Below are positions 51,948 through 63,718 of a stretch of DNA of 64,000 nt, piece by piece (position 1 is the stretch's first letter; each line of letters begins with the position of its first letter). The notes beneath the pieces are model-generated. The model was not told the DNA's origin. It searched no databases and saw only the letters and a program-made list of their open reading frames with translations. This DNA comes from Acidimicrobiia bacterium (lineage in GTDB: Bacteria > Actinomycetota > Acidimicrobiia > IMCC26256 > JAENVU01). The position numbers and the translations under genes were made by a program. The stretch is taken from NCBI GenBank assembly GCA_031362155.1, contig JANLRZ010000218.1:9940-73939 (forward strand), read 5' to 3'.

Positions 51948-53240
51948 ATGAACTCACGTTCCGTCAAAGTCGGGCTGCTCGGATGCGGCCATGTCGGTTC
52001 CGCGCTGGTGCGGTTGATCACCGAGAACGGTGACGCGATCGAAGCGCGTACCGGCGTCCACCTGGAGGTCGGGCGGGTTGCGGTCCGCAACCTCGCTCGC
52101 GACCGGGACGTCGCGTTGCCCGCATCGATCTTCACCCACGACGCCACCGCCGTCGTCACCGACGAAGACATCGACATCGTCGTGGAGGTCATCGGCGGGA
52201 TCGAGCCGGCGCGCGAGTTGATGATCGAAGCGCTCAAGGCCGGTAAGCCCGTGGTCACGGCCAATAAAGAGTTGCTCGCCAACTTCGGCAAGGAGCTCTT
52301 CGAGACCGCGGAAGGGTCCGGCGTCGACCTGCTCTTCGAAGCATCGGTGGCCGGTGGGATCCCGTTGATCCGGCCGTTGCGCGAGTCGCTCGCCGGTGAC
52401 CGCATCCGGCGCGTGATGGGCATCGTCAACGGCACGACCAACTTCATTCTCTCCAACATGGCGGAGTCGGGCGCGTCATTCTCCGACGCGCTCGCCGAGG
52501 CGCAGACGCTCGGCTACGCCGAGCGCGACCCCACGGCCGACGTCGAAGGGTTCGACGCCGCGGCGAAGGCGGCGATCATCGCGACCATCGCGTTCGGTGC
52601 CCGCGTGGTCGCCGGCGACGTCTACCGCGAAGGCATCAGTGAGATCTCCGATGCCGACATTGCCTCCGCCGACGAGTTGGGGTACGCGGTCAAGTTGTTG
52701 GCGGTCGCCGACGAGACCGATCAGGGCATCGCCGTGCGGGTCCATCCCACGATGTTGCCGAAGTCCCATCCACTCGCGTCGGTCCGCGATTCGTTCAACG
52801 CGCTCTTCATCGAGGCGGACGCCGTCGGCGAGTTGATGTTCTACGGCCGCGGTGCCGGTGGGATGCCAACCGCGAGCGCGGTGCTCGGCGATGTCATCGA
52901 CGCCGCGAAGAACCTCGTGAGTGGCGCACGCGGTGCGACGGTGGGCGCCCTGGCCCGGAAACCGATCCGCCCGATCGATGAGGTGGAGAGCCAGTTCTAT
53001 CTGCAGCTCGAAGTGGCCGACGAGCCGGGCGTTCTGGCTCGTATCGCCGAGCAGTTCGGTCAGCGGGGCGTGTCGATCAAGTCGATGCAACAGATGGGGA
53101 TCGGCGATGAGGCTCGACTCATCTTCATCACCCACTCGGCTCGCGAGGCGGACCTGCGGGCGACGATCCATGCGTTGCGTGAAGTAGGTGCGGTCCACAA
53201 GGTTGGTTCGGTCCTGCGGGTCATGGGCGACGAAGGGTGA
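51948..53240 (+). CDS. hom: Homoserine dehydrogenase (with C-terminal ACT domain)
   Basis: [14 protein letters not shown] (NAD fold), [34 protein letters not shown]. The C-terminal ACT-like segment is [18 protein letters not shown]. Confidence 0.93.
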   Translation: MNSRSVKVGLLGCGHVGSALVRLITENGDAIEARTGVHLEVGRVAVRNLARDRDVALPASIFTHDATAVVTDEDIDIVVEVIGGIEPARELMIEALKAGKPVVTANKELLANFGKELFETAEGSGVDLLFEASVAGGIPLIRPLRESLAGDRIRRVMGIVNGTTNFILSNMAESGASFSDALAEAQTLGYAERDPTADVEGFDAAAKAAIIATIAFGARVVAGDVYREGISEISDADIASADELGYAVKLLAVADETDQGIAVRVHPTMLPKSHPLASVRDSFNALFIEADAVGELMFYGRGAGGMPTASAVLGDVIDAAKNLVSGARGATVGALARKPIRPIDEVESQFYLQLEVADEPGVLARIAEQFGQRGVSIKSMQQMGIGDEARLIFITHSAREADLRATIHALREVGAVHKVGSVLRVMGDEG

Positions 53241-54301
53241 GCATGCGCGCGAACGGTTGGCCGGGCCTGATCGAGGCGTACCGCGATCTTCTGCCCGTGA
53301 CGGACACGACTCCCGTCGTCACGCTGCTCGAAGGCAATACGCCCCTCGTGCCCGCGCCTCGGTTGTCGGAGCAGCTTGACCTCGACGTGTTCCTCAAGGT
53401 CGAAGGCGCGAACCCGACGGGTTCGTTCAAAGACCGCGGCATGACGATGGCGATCACCAAGGCGCTCGAGGCCAACGCCAAGGTCGTCGTGTGCGCCTCG
53501 ACGGGGAACACCTCGGCCAGCGCGGCGGCCTACGCGGCGCGGGCCGGGCTCACGTGTGCGGTCGTGATCCCCGAGGGGAAGATCGCGTTGGGCAAGCTCG
53601 CGCAGGCGCTGATCCACGGTGCGGACGTGGTGCAGATTCGCGGGAACTTCGATCAGGCGCTCGACGTCGTGCGTGCCCTCGGCGATGTCGACGGCGTCGA
53701 AGTCGTCAACTCGATCAACCCGTTCCGCATCGAAGGGCAGAAGACCGCGTCGTTCGAGATCGTCGACGTGCTCGGTGATGCTCCCGAGGTGCACTGTCTT
53801 CCCGTCGGCAATGCCGGCAACATCACCGCGTACTGGAAGGGCTACGCCGAGTACGAGACGCTCGGCCACGCGACCCGTCGGCCCCGAATGCTGGGATGGC
53901 AAGCCCAGGGCGCGGCGCCGCTCGTCATCGGTGAGCCGGTCCTGCACCCGGAGACGATCGCGACCGCAATCCGGATCGGCAACCCCGCGAGTTGGGACGG
54001 AGCCATCGCCGCCCGCGACGAGTCGGGTGGCGCGATCGACATGGTCAGCGACGACGAAATCCTCGCCGCGTACCGGTTCCTCGCCAACACCGAGGGGGTG
54101 TTCGTCGAACCGGCATCGGCCTCCTCGGTCGCCGGTCTGATGAAGGCCTCGGCCTTCGGCCTGGTCGAGGCCGGCGAACGAGTGGTCTGCACGGTCACCG
54201 GGCACGGGTTGAAGGACCCCCAGCGCGCCATCGACGAGGTGGCAGTTGGGAGCCCGGTCGACGCCACGCTCGCGGCGGTGGCCGCCGAACTCGGCCTCTG
54301 A
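53237..54301 (+). CDS. thrC: Threonine synthase
   Basis: [26 protein letters not shown] (PLP Lys), [13 protein letters not shown] 53237 overlaps the hom stop; ATG 53243 is the alternative. Confidence 0.93.
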   Translation: MSMRANGWPGLIEAYRDLLPVTDTTPVVTLLEGNTPLVPAPRLSEQLDLDVFLKVEGANPTGSFKDRGMTMAITKALEANAKVVVCASTGNTSASAAAYAARAGLTCAVVIPEGKIALGKLAQALIHGADVVQIRGNFDQALDVVRALGDVDGVEVVNSINPFRIEGQKTASFEIVDVLGDAPEVHCLPVGNAGNITAYWKGYAEYETLGHATRRPRMLGWQAQGAAPLVIGEPVLHPETIATAIRIGNPASWDGAIAARDESGGAIDMVSDDEILAAYRFLANTEGVFVEPASASSVAGLMKASAFGLVEAGERVVCTVTGHGLKDPQRAIDEVAVGSPVDATLAAVAAELGL

Positions 54302-54381
54302 CGCCACCCTCGTGTCGGGTCTCCGGCAGGCCGCGCGAGCGGTATGGGACACTGAGCCTTCGTCGGATCAGGAGGCTTCCC

Positions 54382-55167
54382 ATGGCACGACCCACTGCCC
54401 TCATCACCGGTGCATCAGCCGGCATCGGCCGGGCGTTCGCCGAAGGACTCGCGGCGCGCGGCTACGACCTCGTCATCGTCGCCCGCGACACCGCCCGGCT
54501 CGAAGCCCTCGACAAGGAACTCGCGGCGGCGCACGGCACCTCCACTGAGGTCTTGACCGCCGATCTCGGCGACCGGGCACAGTTGGCCGCCGTGGAAGCG
54601 CGGCTGGCCGATGCCGATCGGGCGATCGACCTGCTGGTGAACAACGCCGGGTTCGGCACGATCGGGACCTTCCACGAGTTGCCCGTCGATCGCGAGGAGC
54701 AGGAGATCGCGCTGAACGTGGTTGCACTCACGCGGCTCACCCACGCCGCGCTCGCGCCGATGGTGAGCCGGGGGAGTGGTGGCGTCATCAATGTGTCGTC
54801 GATCGCGGCGTACCAACCGACCCCCACGAACGCGACGTACGGCGCGACGAAAGCGTTCGTGAGCAGCTTGAGCCAGGGCATTCACGAGGAGTTGAAGGGC
54901 ACCGGCGTCAACTGCATGGCGTTGTGTCCCGGATTCACGCGCACCGAGTTCCAGGAACGGGCCGGGATCGATTCGGCCGACATTCCCGACTTCCTCTGGC
55001 AGGACGCGGTGACGGTGGTCGACTACGCGATGAAGGCGTTCGCGAAAGGCAAGGCCGTCTGCGTGCCGGGACTGCTCAACCAGACCACTGCCGGCTTCAG
55101 CGGGACCGTCCCGTCGAGTGTGAGTCGCCGCGTTGCCGGCCTCATCGTGAAGCGTGCTGACAAGTAG
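54382..55167 (+). CDS. SDR-family oxidoreductase
   Basis: ATG 54382 preceded by aggagg. ALITGASAGIGRA, NNAG, S...YGATK (YxxxK). Confidence 0.85.
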   Translation: MARPTALITGASAGIGRAFAEGLAARGYDLVIVARDTARLEALDKELAAAHGTSTEVLTADLGDRAQLAAVEARLADADRAIDLLVNNAGFGTIGTFHELPVDREEQEIALNVVALTRLTHAALAPMVSRGSGGVINVSSIAAYQPTPTNATYGATKAFVSSLSQGIHEELKGTGVNCMALCPGFTRTEFQERAGIDSADIPDFLWQDAVTVVDYAMKAFAKGKAVCVPGLLNQTTAGFSGTVPSSVSRRVAGLIVKRADK

Positions 55168-55179
55168 TGAGTCGGCGAG

Positions 55180-56385
55180 TTACGCGGGGTCGAGGCGGAG
55201 GAGGCCGTCGGAGGCGGAGAGGATGTACAGCTCGTTGTTCTGGTCTTGGCCGAACGAGTTGACGTTCTTCACTGCGAGTCCGAGGTCGATGTCCTCGCCC
55301 TTCACCCCGGGGCCGACGGGCGTGCCGTGCAGGCTGGATCCGCAGAAGTCGGCGAAGAGGTAGGTACCGACCAGGTCGGGGATCTTCGTGCCGCGGTAGA
55401 CGTACCCGCCGGTGATCGAACAGCGGCCGTCGTGCGGGTATTCGAGCACCGGTTCGATGCCACCCTGCGGACGCTCGCCCCGAAACTCGTGCGTGGCCTC
55501 ACGGAGTGGCCACTCGAAGTTGAGCGGTGGAGGAGTGCCCGGTGCGATCCAATCGATTTCTTCCCAGGCGTTCTGGCCGACGTCACCGATGACCAGCGCG
55601 CCGGTCTTGGCATCGAACGAGAACCGCCAGGGGTTGCGCAACCCGTACGCCCAGATCTCGGCCGAGCCCCCGCCGTTCACGTACGGGTTGTCGGTCGGGA
55701 TCGCGGTGGTCCCGCCGATCGGACCGGGATCGATGCGCAGCAGCTTGCCGAGCAAGGTATCGAGCGACTGCCCGTTCCCGCCCGGCGCGTGCCCGGCGCC
55801 GGTGTCGCCCGCGCCGCCACCGTCGCCGGTGCCGATCCAGAGCATGCCGTCGGGGCCGGTCACGAGGTTGCCGCCGTTGTGGTTGCTCTGCGGCTGCTTG
55901 ATCGCGAGCAGTTCGCGGCGACCGCCGCGGTCGGCGGTGCCGTCGGCGCGCATCGGGTACGCGTCGACCCGGGTGTCGCCGTTGCGGTTGGTGTAGTCGA
56001 CGAACATCTGGGTGCCGTCGGCCGAGAACGACATCCCGAGTAACCCGCGTTCGCCGCCGGCCGAAATGGTGTCACGCAAATCGATCACGGGCTTCGGGTC
56101 CAGCGCGCCATCGCGGATGGCGCGCACCCGCCCGACGTGTTCGGTCACGTAGAGCGCATCGTCGCCCGTGCGGACGGCCATCGCGATGGGGTCGTCGATG
56201 TCGGCGACGGGCGTGAGGGTGACGCGGGCGTCGCGCGGGTTGGGCACTGCCGTGGTGGAGGTGGTCGGGCCGGAGGTCGAAGGTGTCGACGTGGAGGTCG
56301 ACCTCGAGCCGGCTCTCGTACTCCCGGAGCCGCAGGCCGCGAGGGCCAGCGCGACGGGAACGACCAGGACCAGGGATCGACGCAT
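55180..56385 (-). CDS. Lipoprotein, PQQ-dependent sugar (glucose/sorbosone) dehydrogenase-type beta-propeller
   Basis: Lipobox LALAAC. SNHNGGNLVTGPDGMLWIGTGDGGGAGD and YGLRNPWRFSFD are typical of the soluble GSDH family. Confidence 0.8.
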   Translation of the reverse strand: MRRSLVLVVPVALALAACGSGSTRAGSRSTSTSTPSTSGPTTSTTAVPNPRDARVTLTPVADIDDPIAMAVRTGDDALYVTEHVGRVRAIRDGALDPKPVIDLRDTISAGGERGLLGMSFSADGTQMFVDYTNRNGDTRVDAYPMRADGTADRGGRRELLAIKQPQSNHNGGNLVTGPDGMLWIGTGDGGGAGDTGAGHAPGGNGQSLDTLLGKLLRIDPGPIGGTTAIPTDNPYVNGGGSAEIWAYGLRNPWRFSFDAKTGALVIGDVGQNAWEEIDWIAPGTPPPLNFEWPLREATHEFRGERPQGGIEPVLEYPHDGRCSITGGYVYRGTKIPDLVGTYLFADFCGSSLHGTPVGPGVKGEDIDLGLAVKNVNSFGQDQNNELYILSASDGLLRLDPA

Positions 56386-56439
56386 TCGGCCACGGTATCG
56401 AGCCGGACGCTTGGCTCAGGGTCACCTACGCTCTGCGCC

Positions 56440-57603
56440 GTGAAGTATGTCGTGCTCGTTCCCGATGGCTGTGCCGATGAACCCGTTGCCGCGCTCGGTG
56501 GGAAGACCCCGCTCGAGGCGGCCCACTTGCCCCACCTGCAAGCGCTCGCTGCGCGCAGTGAGGTGGGGCGGGCTGCAGTGATCCCGGCCGGTCTTCCGCC
56601 CGGCAGCGACGTCGGCAACCTGGCGATCCTCGGGTATGACCCCGAGGTCTTCCACACCGGGCGCGCGCCGATCGAGGCCGCCGCGATGGGCGTGGACCTC
56701 GCGCCCGGCGAGGTGGCCTATCGATGCAATCTTGTGACGATCGACGATGCGGGCACGATGGTCGACTTCGCGGCCGGTCACGTTTCGAGTGAGCAGAGCC
56801 ACCCCATCATCGCCGCGCTCGATGCCGAACTCGGCGGCGGTCGTGACGGTGTGCGGTTCTATCCGGGGGTGGAGTACCGCCACCTCGTCGTGGTGCCGGG
56901 GGAGTGGGCCGAGGCCGAGTGCGTCCCGCCGCACGATCTCACCGCTCGACCTGCGGTCTGGCCCACCGGCGCAGCGGCGAGTCGCCTCCAAGCGCTGATG
57001 AACGCCTCCCGCTCGGTCGTGGCGCGCGTCGCCGCCGACGTGGGTTCCACCGCCACCCAGATCTGGCTCTGGGGTCAGGGCACCAAACCCCAACTGCCGG
57101 ATTTCTCGAATCGCTACGGCGTCACCGGAAGGCTGACCTCGGCGGTCGATCTGGTCCGTGGGCTCGGCGTGCTCGCCGGCATCGAGGTCCTCGACGTCCC
57201 GGGCGCGAGTGCCGGGTTCGACAACGACTACGTCGCCCAGCGCATGGCCTGTATCGATTCGCTGGCCGACCGGGACTTCTTCCTGCTTCACGTCGAGGCC
57301 ACCGACGAAGCCGGTCACCAACAGAACGCCGCGGCGAAGGTCGAGGCCCTCGAAGCATGGGACCGCGACATCATCGGACCCCTGCTCGACGCGCTCCCGG
57401 CCTTCGGCGACTTCCGGATCTTGCTCCTGCCCGACCACGCCACACCAGTCGATCTCGGGACCCACACCTCCGATCCGGTCCCGTATTTGCTGCACGACAG
57501 CGCGTCGACCGTGACCGGTTTGCCCTATACCGAGACGGCCACGCAAGACTGCCCCGCCGTGGCCGCGCATACCCTCCTGGCCCGGATGGTCACATCCGCC
57601 TGA
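56440..57603 (+). CDS. ApgM-family (archaeal-type cofactor-independent phosphoglycerate mutase superfamily) protein; candidate non-orthologous homoserine kinase
   Basis: GTG 56440 (VKYVVLVPDGCADEPV..GGKTPLEAAHLPHLQALA). PGSDVGNLAILGYDP, AYRCNLVT, HVEATDEAGH, LLPDHATP match the ApgM/metalloenzyme family. It occupies the thrB position between thrC and rho. Confidence 0.8.
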   Translation: MKYVVLVPDGCADEPVAALGGKTPLEAAHLPHLQALAARSEVGRAAVIPAGLPPGSDVGNLAILGYDPEVFHTGRAPIEAAAMGVDLAPGEVAYRCNLVTIDDAGTMVDFAAGHVSSEQSHPIIAALDAELGGGRDGVRFYPGVEYRHLVVVPGEWAEAECVPPHDLTARPAVWPTGAAASRLQALMNASRSVVARVAADVGSTATQIWLWGQGTKPQLPDFSNRYGVTGRLTSAVDLVRGLGVLAGIEVLDVPGASAGFDNDYVAQRMACIDSLADRDFFLLHVEATDEAGHQQNAAAKVEALEAWDRDIIGPLLDALPAFGDFRILLLPDHATPVDLGTHTSDPVPYLLHDSASTVTGLPYTETATQDCPAVAAHTLLARMVTSA

Positions 57604-57852
57604 GTTCCGGCCTATGATGGCTCCAGCGCCACCTCGTCGGTACCCCAGCGTTCGTTGGGACCCCGCCAGAGCGACTGCGCCAGCTCGGATTTTCTGAGCT
57701 TTTCTCTTGCCCCGGTGCGGGACCGAACATGGTCGTGACCCCCGGCGAGGTTCGTTCTCATCGCGACGGGTTCGCCCGCTCGCACCCGGACCGGAAATCC
57801 CCCGAGCCGGATTCCAACTTCTGTGGTCCATCGACCCAAGGAGCAACACTTC

Positions 57853-59853
<2,001 letters not shown>

Positions 59854-59928
59854 TCACCACCATCGCCGACCTCGGGAATAGAGAGGGGTTCTCCTTCACA
59901 CAGCCCGAGTTCATAGACTGGACCAATC

Positions 59929-60132
59929 ATGAAGACCGACATTCACCCCACCTACACCGAGTGCAAGGTGCACTGCTCCTGCGGGAACGAGTTCGTCACT
60001 CGTTCGACCGTGTCGGAGCTGCGCGTCGAGCTGTGCTCCGAGTGCCACCCCTTCTACACCGGCAAGCAGAAGCTGGTGGACACCGGTGGTCGGGTCGAGC
60101 GCTTCAACAAGCGGTACGCGAAGAAGAAGTAA
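59929..60132 (+). CDS. rpmE: 50S ribosomal protein L31 (Cys-containing, type A)
   Basis: [22 protein letters not shown]...[12 protein letters not shown]; 67 aa. Confidence 0.95.
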   Translation: MKTDIHPTYTECKVHCSCGNEFVTRSTVSELRVELCSECHPFYTGKQKLVDTGGRVERFNKRYAKKK

Positions 60133-60137
60133 GCCCC

Positions 60138-61034
60138 TTGAGTGACCAGCCGCGATACATGGGCGGCCAGGCGGTCGTCGAAGGTGTGATGATGCGCGGG
60201 GTCTCCACGTGGGCGGTCGCGGTGCGCACGCCCGATGGCGAGATCGACGTCGCAGTGCATGACGTTCCCGGCTGGGCCGAGAAGTACAACAAGATCCCCC
60301 TGGTGCGGGGCGTCATGAATCTCGGCGAGTCCATGGGACTCGGGATGAAGGCGCTCTCGTACTCGGCCAACCTGCAAATGCCCGAAGACGAGCGGCTCTC
60401 GGGGACTGCGATGGGGATCACGATGGCGATCTCGGTGTCGTTGTCGATCGGCCTGTTCATCCTCTTACCCGCGTTGGGTGCACGCGGGCTGGGGAGTCTT
60501 TTCGGTGTGACGGGGATCGCGTTCCATGCGCTCGAAGGGGCGTTAGTGCTGAGCCTGTTCCTCGGATACCTGGCGCTGATCGGGCGCATGAAGGAAATCC
60601 GCAAGGTGTTCCAGTACCACGGGGCCGAACACAAGTCGATCGCCGCGTACGAGAACGACGTGCCGCTCACCCCGGAGTCGGCGCAGACCTTCACGACCGC
60701 CCACGTTCGGTGCGGCACCAACTTCCTCCTCACCGTGCTGACGTTGGCGATCATCGTGTACTCGTTCATCGGCCGGCCCGCCATCCCGTATCTGATTCTC
60801 TCCCGAGTGATCTTGATCCCGGTGATCGCCGGCCTGGCGTACGAACTGATCCGGTTCGCGGCGCGCCACATGGATCGGCGCTGGGTCCGCACGATGATGA
60901 TCCCGGGCCTGTCGCTCCAGAAGCTCACAACTCGTGAACCGACCCTCGATCAGATCGAGGTCGCGATCGCGGCGCTGCGCGCAGTGTTCACCGCGGAACA
61001 GTCGGCCGAGGTCGACGCACGCGTCGCGGCCTGA
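60138..61034 (+). CDS. DUF1385-family membrane protein
   Basis: YMGGQAVVEGVMMRG, GAEHKSI, VRCGTNFLL are signatures as I recall them, followed by 4-5 TMS. Start is TTG 60138 (keeps the conserved Y-GGQA N-terminus) or ATG 60159. The upstream part of ORF 59706..61034 overlaps rho and rpmE. Confidence 0.8.
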   Translation: MSDQPRYMGGQAVVEGVMMRGVSTWAVAVRTPDGEIDVAVHDVPGWAEKYNKIPLVRGVMNLGESMGLGMKALSYSANLQMPEDERLSGTAMGITMAISVSLSIGLFILLPALGARGLGSLFGVTGIAFHALEGALVLSLFLGYLALIGRMKEIRKVFQYHGAEHKSIAAYENDVPLTPESAQTFTTAHVRCGTNFLLTVLTLAIIVYSFIGRPAIPYLILSRVILIPVIAGLAYELIRFAARHMDRRWVRTMMIPGLSLQKLTTREPTLDQIEVAIAALRAVFTAEQSAEVDARVAA

Positions 61035-61045
61035 CCGATCTCCCG

Positions 61046-62128
61046 ATGGCCGATCCGATGTTCTCCCGCCTCGCCGAACTCGAGGCGGAGCTGGATCGGG
61101 TCGAGGCCACGCTGGCCGACCTCTACGCGGCGGGGGACCAGAAGGCGGCGGCCGATGCGGGGCGACGTTCGGCGGAGTTGCGGCCGATCGTGGAGGCGTA
61201 CCGCTCGTATCAGACGAACGAATCCGACCTCGCCGAGGCCCACGAGATGGCCGACGCGGAGTCCGACCCGGCGATGTTGGCGTTCCTCAAACAGGAGATT
61301 GCCGACAAGGAAGGCGAACGAGTTCGCCTCGACGCCGAGATCAAGGAACTCCTGATCCCCAAGGACCCCAACGACGGCAAGAACGTGATCGTCGAGATCC
61401 GTGGGGCCGAGGGGGGCGAGGAAGCCAATCTCTGGGCCGGCGACCTGTACCGCATGTACAGCTATTACGCCGACGCGCACCGCTGGAAGACCGAAGTCCT
61501 CTCGAGCCAACCTTCGGACATGGGTGGGTTCCGCGAGATCAGCTTCGTCGTGCGGGGATCCGATGCCTGGTCGCACCTCAAGCACGAAGCCGGTCCGCAC
61601 CGGGTCCAACGGGTGCCGGCCACGGAGAGCCAAGGTCGCATCCACACCAGCGCGGCCACGGTCGCGGTGTTGCCCGAAGCCGAAGAGGTCGACATCGCGA
61701 TCGACCCGAGCGATCTGGACATCGACACGTACCGAGCAACCGGCCCCGGCGGGCAATCGGTGAACACGACCGACTCCGCGATCCGTATCACCCACCGGCC
61801 GACGGGGTTGGTCGTCACGTGCCAGGACGAGAAGAGTCAACTCCAGAACAAGGAGAAGGCGTTCCGGATCTTGCGCTCCCGCTTGCTCCAGGTGGAGCAG
61901 GAGCGCCAGGCGGCGGAGGTGGCCGACGCGCGTCGCAGTCAGGTCGGGGGTGGCGGTCGGTCGGAGAAGATCCGGACCTACAACTTCAAGGAGAACCGGG
62001 TGACCGACCATCGGGTCGGTCTCACGTTGCACAGCCTCGATGCCGTCCTCTCGGGCGACCTCGACCCGTTGGTCCAGCGCTTGATGGCCGAAGAACGTCA
62101 GAGCCAGCTCGAGGATGCGGACTCCTGA
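61046..62128 (+). CDS. prfA: Peptide chain release factor 1
   Basis: RVPATESQGRIHTS (PxT codon-recognition tripeptide = RF1) and GPGGQSVNTTDSAIRITH (GGQ). Confidence 0.95.
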   Translation: MADPMFSRLAELEAELDRVEATLADLYAAGDQKAAADAGRRSAELRPIVEAYRSYQTNESDLAEAHEMADAESDPAMLAFLKQEIADKEGERVRLDAEIKELLIPKDPNDGKNVIVEIRGAEGGEEANLWAGDLYRMYSYYADAHRWKTEVLSSQPSDMGGFREISFVVRGSDAWSHLKHEAGPHRVQRVPATESQGRIHTSAATVAVLPEAEEVDIAIDPSDLDIDTYRATGPGGQSVNTTDSAIRITHRPTGLVVTCQDEKSQLQNKEKAFRILRSRLLQVEQERQAAEVADARRSQVGGGGRSEKIRTYNFKENRVTDHRVGLTLHSLDAVLSGDLDPLVQRLMAEERQSQLEDADS

Positions 62129-62145
62129 ACCTGACGTGGGGTGCC

Positions 62146-63033
62146 GTGTGCGCCGATGCCGAGACGCAGCTCCGCGCATTGGGTGTGCACGATCCGGTCG
62201 CGGAGTCCCGCTGGCTCATCGAGGCGGTGTCGGGCATGAGCCTCGCGGAACAGATCATCGAGGCCGACGGCTTCGCCACCCGACGGGCGACCGCGGAGTT
62301 GGACGCGCTCCTGGCCCGCCGGGCCGCCGGCGAACCGATTCAGTACGTCCTCGGGGCCTGGGCCTTCTGTGGTCTCGACCTCATGGTCGATCGCCGGGTG
62401 CTGATCCCGAGGCCCGAAACCGAGACGGTCGCCGAGATCGCGATCGCTGAGGTCGAGCGGCTCGGTGAGCGCGTCGGCACCGCCGAACCGTGGGCGGGTG
62501 GGCTCACCCACTATGCCGTCGCGGACCTGGGTACCGGTTCGGGCGCCCTCGCCTTGGCGATGGCGGCCTCGTTGCCCGATGCCGAAGTGTGGGCCACCGA
62601 CGTCAGCGAACCGGCGCTGACGGTGGCGCGCGCGAACATCGCAGCGGCGGGATCGCTCGCGACCCGCGTGCGGGTCGGGCACGGTTCGTGGTTCGAAGCG
62701 TTGCCGCCGGAGCTGCGGGGCTCGCTGCTGGTCGTGGTATCGAACCCGCCCTACATCGCAGACCACGAGGTGCTGCCGCACTCGGTCACCGAGTGGGAAC
62801 CGACGAGCGCGCTGTACTCCGGACCGAGCGGGCTCGAGGCCGTGGAGCATGTGGTGACGACGGCCTTCGAGTGGCTCGACGATGCCGGCACGATCGTGGT
62901 CGAACTCGCGCCGCACCAGGCCGAGACGGCGATGGCAATTGCGCGCGCGACCGGGTTCGCCGAGGTGGCGGTGCGGCCCGACCTCGCCGGACATGATCGG
63001 GCGCTGGTCGCTCGGCGCCGACCGGATCGATAG
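62146..63033 (+). CDS. prmC: Release-factor glutamine N5-methyltransferase PrmC/HemK
   Basis: PIQYVLG, LIPRPETE, DLGTGSGALAL (SAM), VVSNPPYI (NPPY). Only the last ~295 codons of ORF 60934..63033 are coding. GTG 62146 was chosen; CTG 62125 is possible. Confidence 0.9.
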   Translation: MCADAETQLRALGVHDPVAESRWLIEAVSGMSLAEQIIEADGFATRRATAELDALLARRAAGEPIQYVLGAWAFCGLDLMVDRRVLIPRPETETVAEIAIAEVERLGERVGTAEPWAGGLTHYAVADLGTGSGALALAMAASLPDAEVWATDVSEPALTVARANIAAAGSLATRVRVGHGSWFEALPPELRGSLLVVVSNPPYIADHEVLPHSVTEWEPTSALYSGPSGLEAVEHVVTTAFEWLDDAGTIVVELAPHQAETAMAIARATGFAEVAVRPDLAGHDRALVARRRPDR

Positions 63034-63043
63034 ATTCGCCCGG

Positions 63044-63274
63044 ATGTCAGCCGATGACTCCACCGATGAACTCGATGTCGACGCGATGCTGGGGCGGTTC
63101 CGCGCTCGTGCCGATGCCGTCCGGGAGCGGCCGCTCCCGCCCGTTGCCGGGCCCCAGCGCGAACAGTTCGTGCGCCAGGCCCAACACGACTTCCAGGACT
63201 ACGCGATGGTGGCCGACGCAACCTGGGAGTTCGTCGACGGCGTCCTGACGTTGCGGATCGATCTCAACCCTTGA
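63044..63274 (+). CDS. Small hypothetical protein (76 aa)
   Basis: ATG 63044 inside ORF 62882..63274. Product MSADDSTDELDVDAMLGRFRARADAVRERPLPP...WEFVDGVLTLRIDLNP. No family recognised. Codon usage looks like that of its neighbours. Confidence 0.4.
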   Translation: MSADDSTDELDVDAMLGRFRARADAVRERPLPPVAGPQREQFVRQAQHDFQDYAMVADATWEFVDGVLTLRIDLNP

Positions 63275-63275
63275 T

Positions 63276-63695
63276 TCAGCGGTCCTCGTCGTAGCGCTCG
63301 TTCGGGTCCAGCCGCTGCAGCACCCCGCGGTCGATCGCGACCCACACCGTCTTGGAGAACGGGTAATACACGACGGGGCCGAGCACGGCGACGGGCACGA
63401 GGATTGCGAGCGCGACCGCGACGGGAATGTGCGGGATCGTCGCGATCAGGATCGACACGAAGATGATGGCGAAGAGGCCGCCCGTCGCGATGATGTTCAC
63501 GGCGAGGGCGCCGGCCCAGTATCCCGATTCGCGTTCGAAGTGGAGTCCGCACCGAGGGCAGTCCGGGATCATCGAGAGGTAGCCCTTGAAGAGGTGGCCC
63601 GATCCGCAGCGTGCGCACCTCTTCGTGAAGCCCCACCAGAAACCTTGTCCTCGGCTGGGTGCGTTGGGTGCCACGATCGGCCAACATAGCGTCAC
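63276..63695 (-). CDS. DUF983-like zinc-ribbon membrane protein
   Basis: CARCGSGHLF...CPRCG (four-Cys ribbon) followed by two hydrophobic helices; 139 aa. Confidence 0.65.
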   Translation of the reverse strand: MTLCWPIVAPNAPSRGQGFWWGFTKRCARCGSGHLFKGYLSMIPDCPRCGLHFERESGYWAGALAVNIIATGGLFAIIFVSILIATIPHIPVAVALAILVPVAVLGPVVYYPFSKTVWVAIDRGVLQRLDPNERYDEDR

Positions 63696-63718
63696 CCTCC
63701 TCTCGGAAAGGCCTCGGA

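Noticed and set aside
54382-56385. SDR + PQQ-dehydrogenase pair as a horizontally inserted islet in the thr-rho block
   Set aside because: There are no flanking repeats, no mobility genes and no obvious compositional shift by eye. I treat it as an ordinary rearrangement and mention it only under the thrB finding.
60934-62145. N-terminal ~400 codons of the 699-aa ORF 60934..63033
   Set aside because: This part overlaps prfA out of frame and is Arg/Gly/Pro-rich. Only the C-terminal ~295 aa (PrmC, from about 62146) look like protein.
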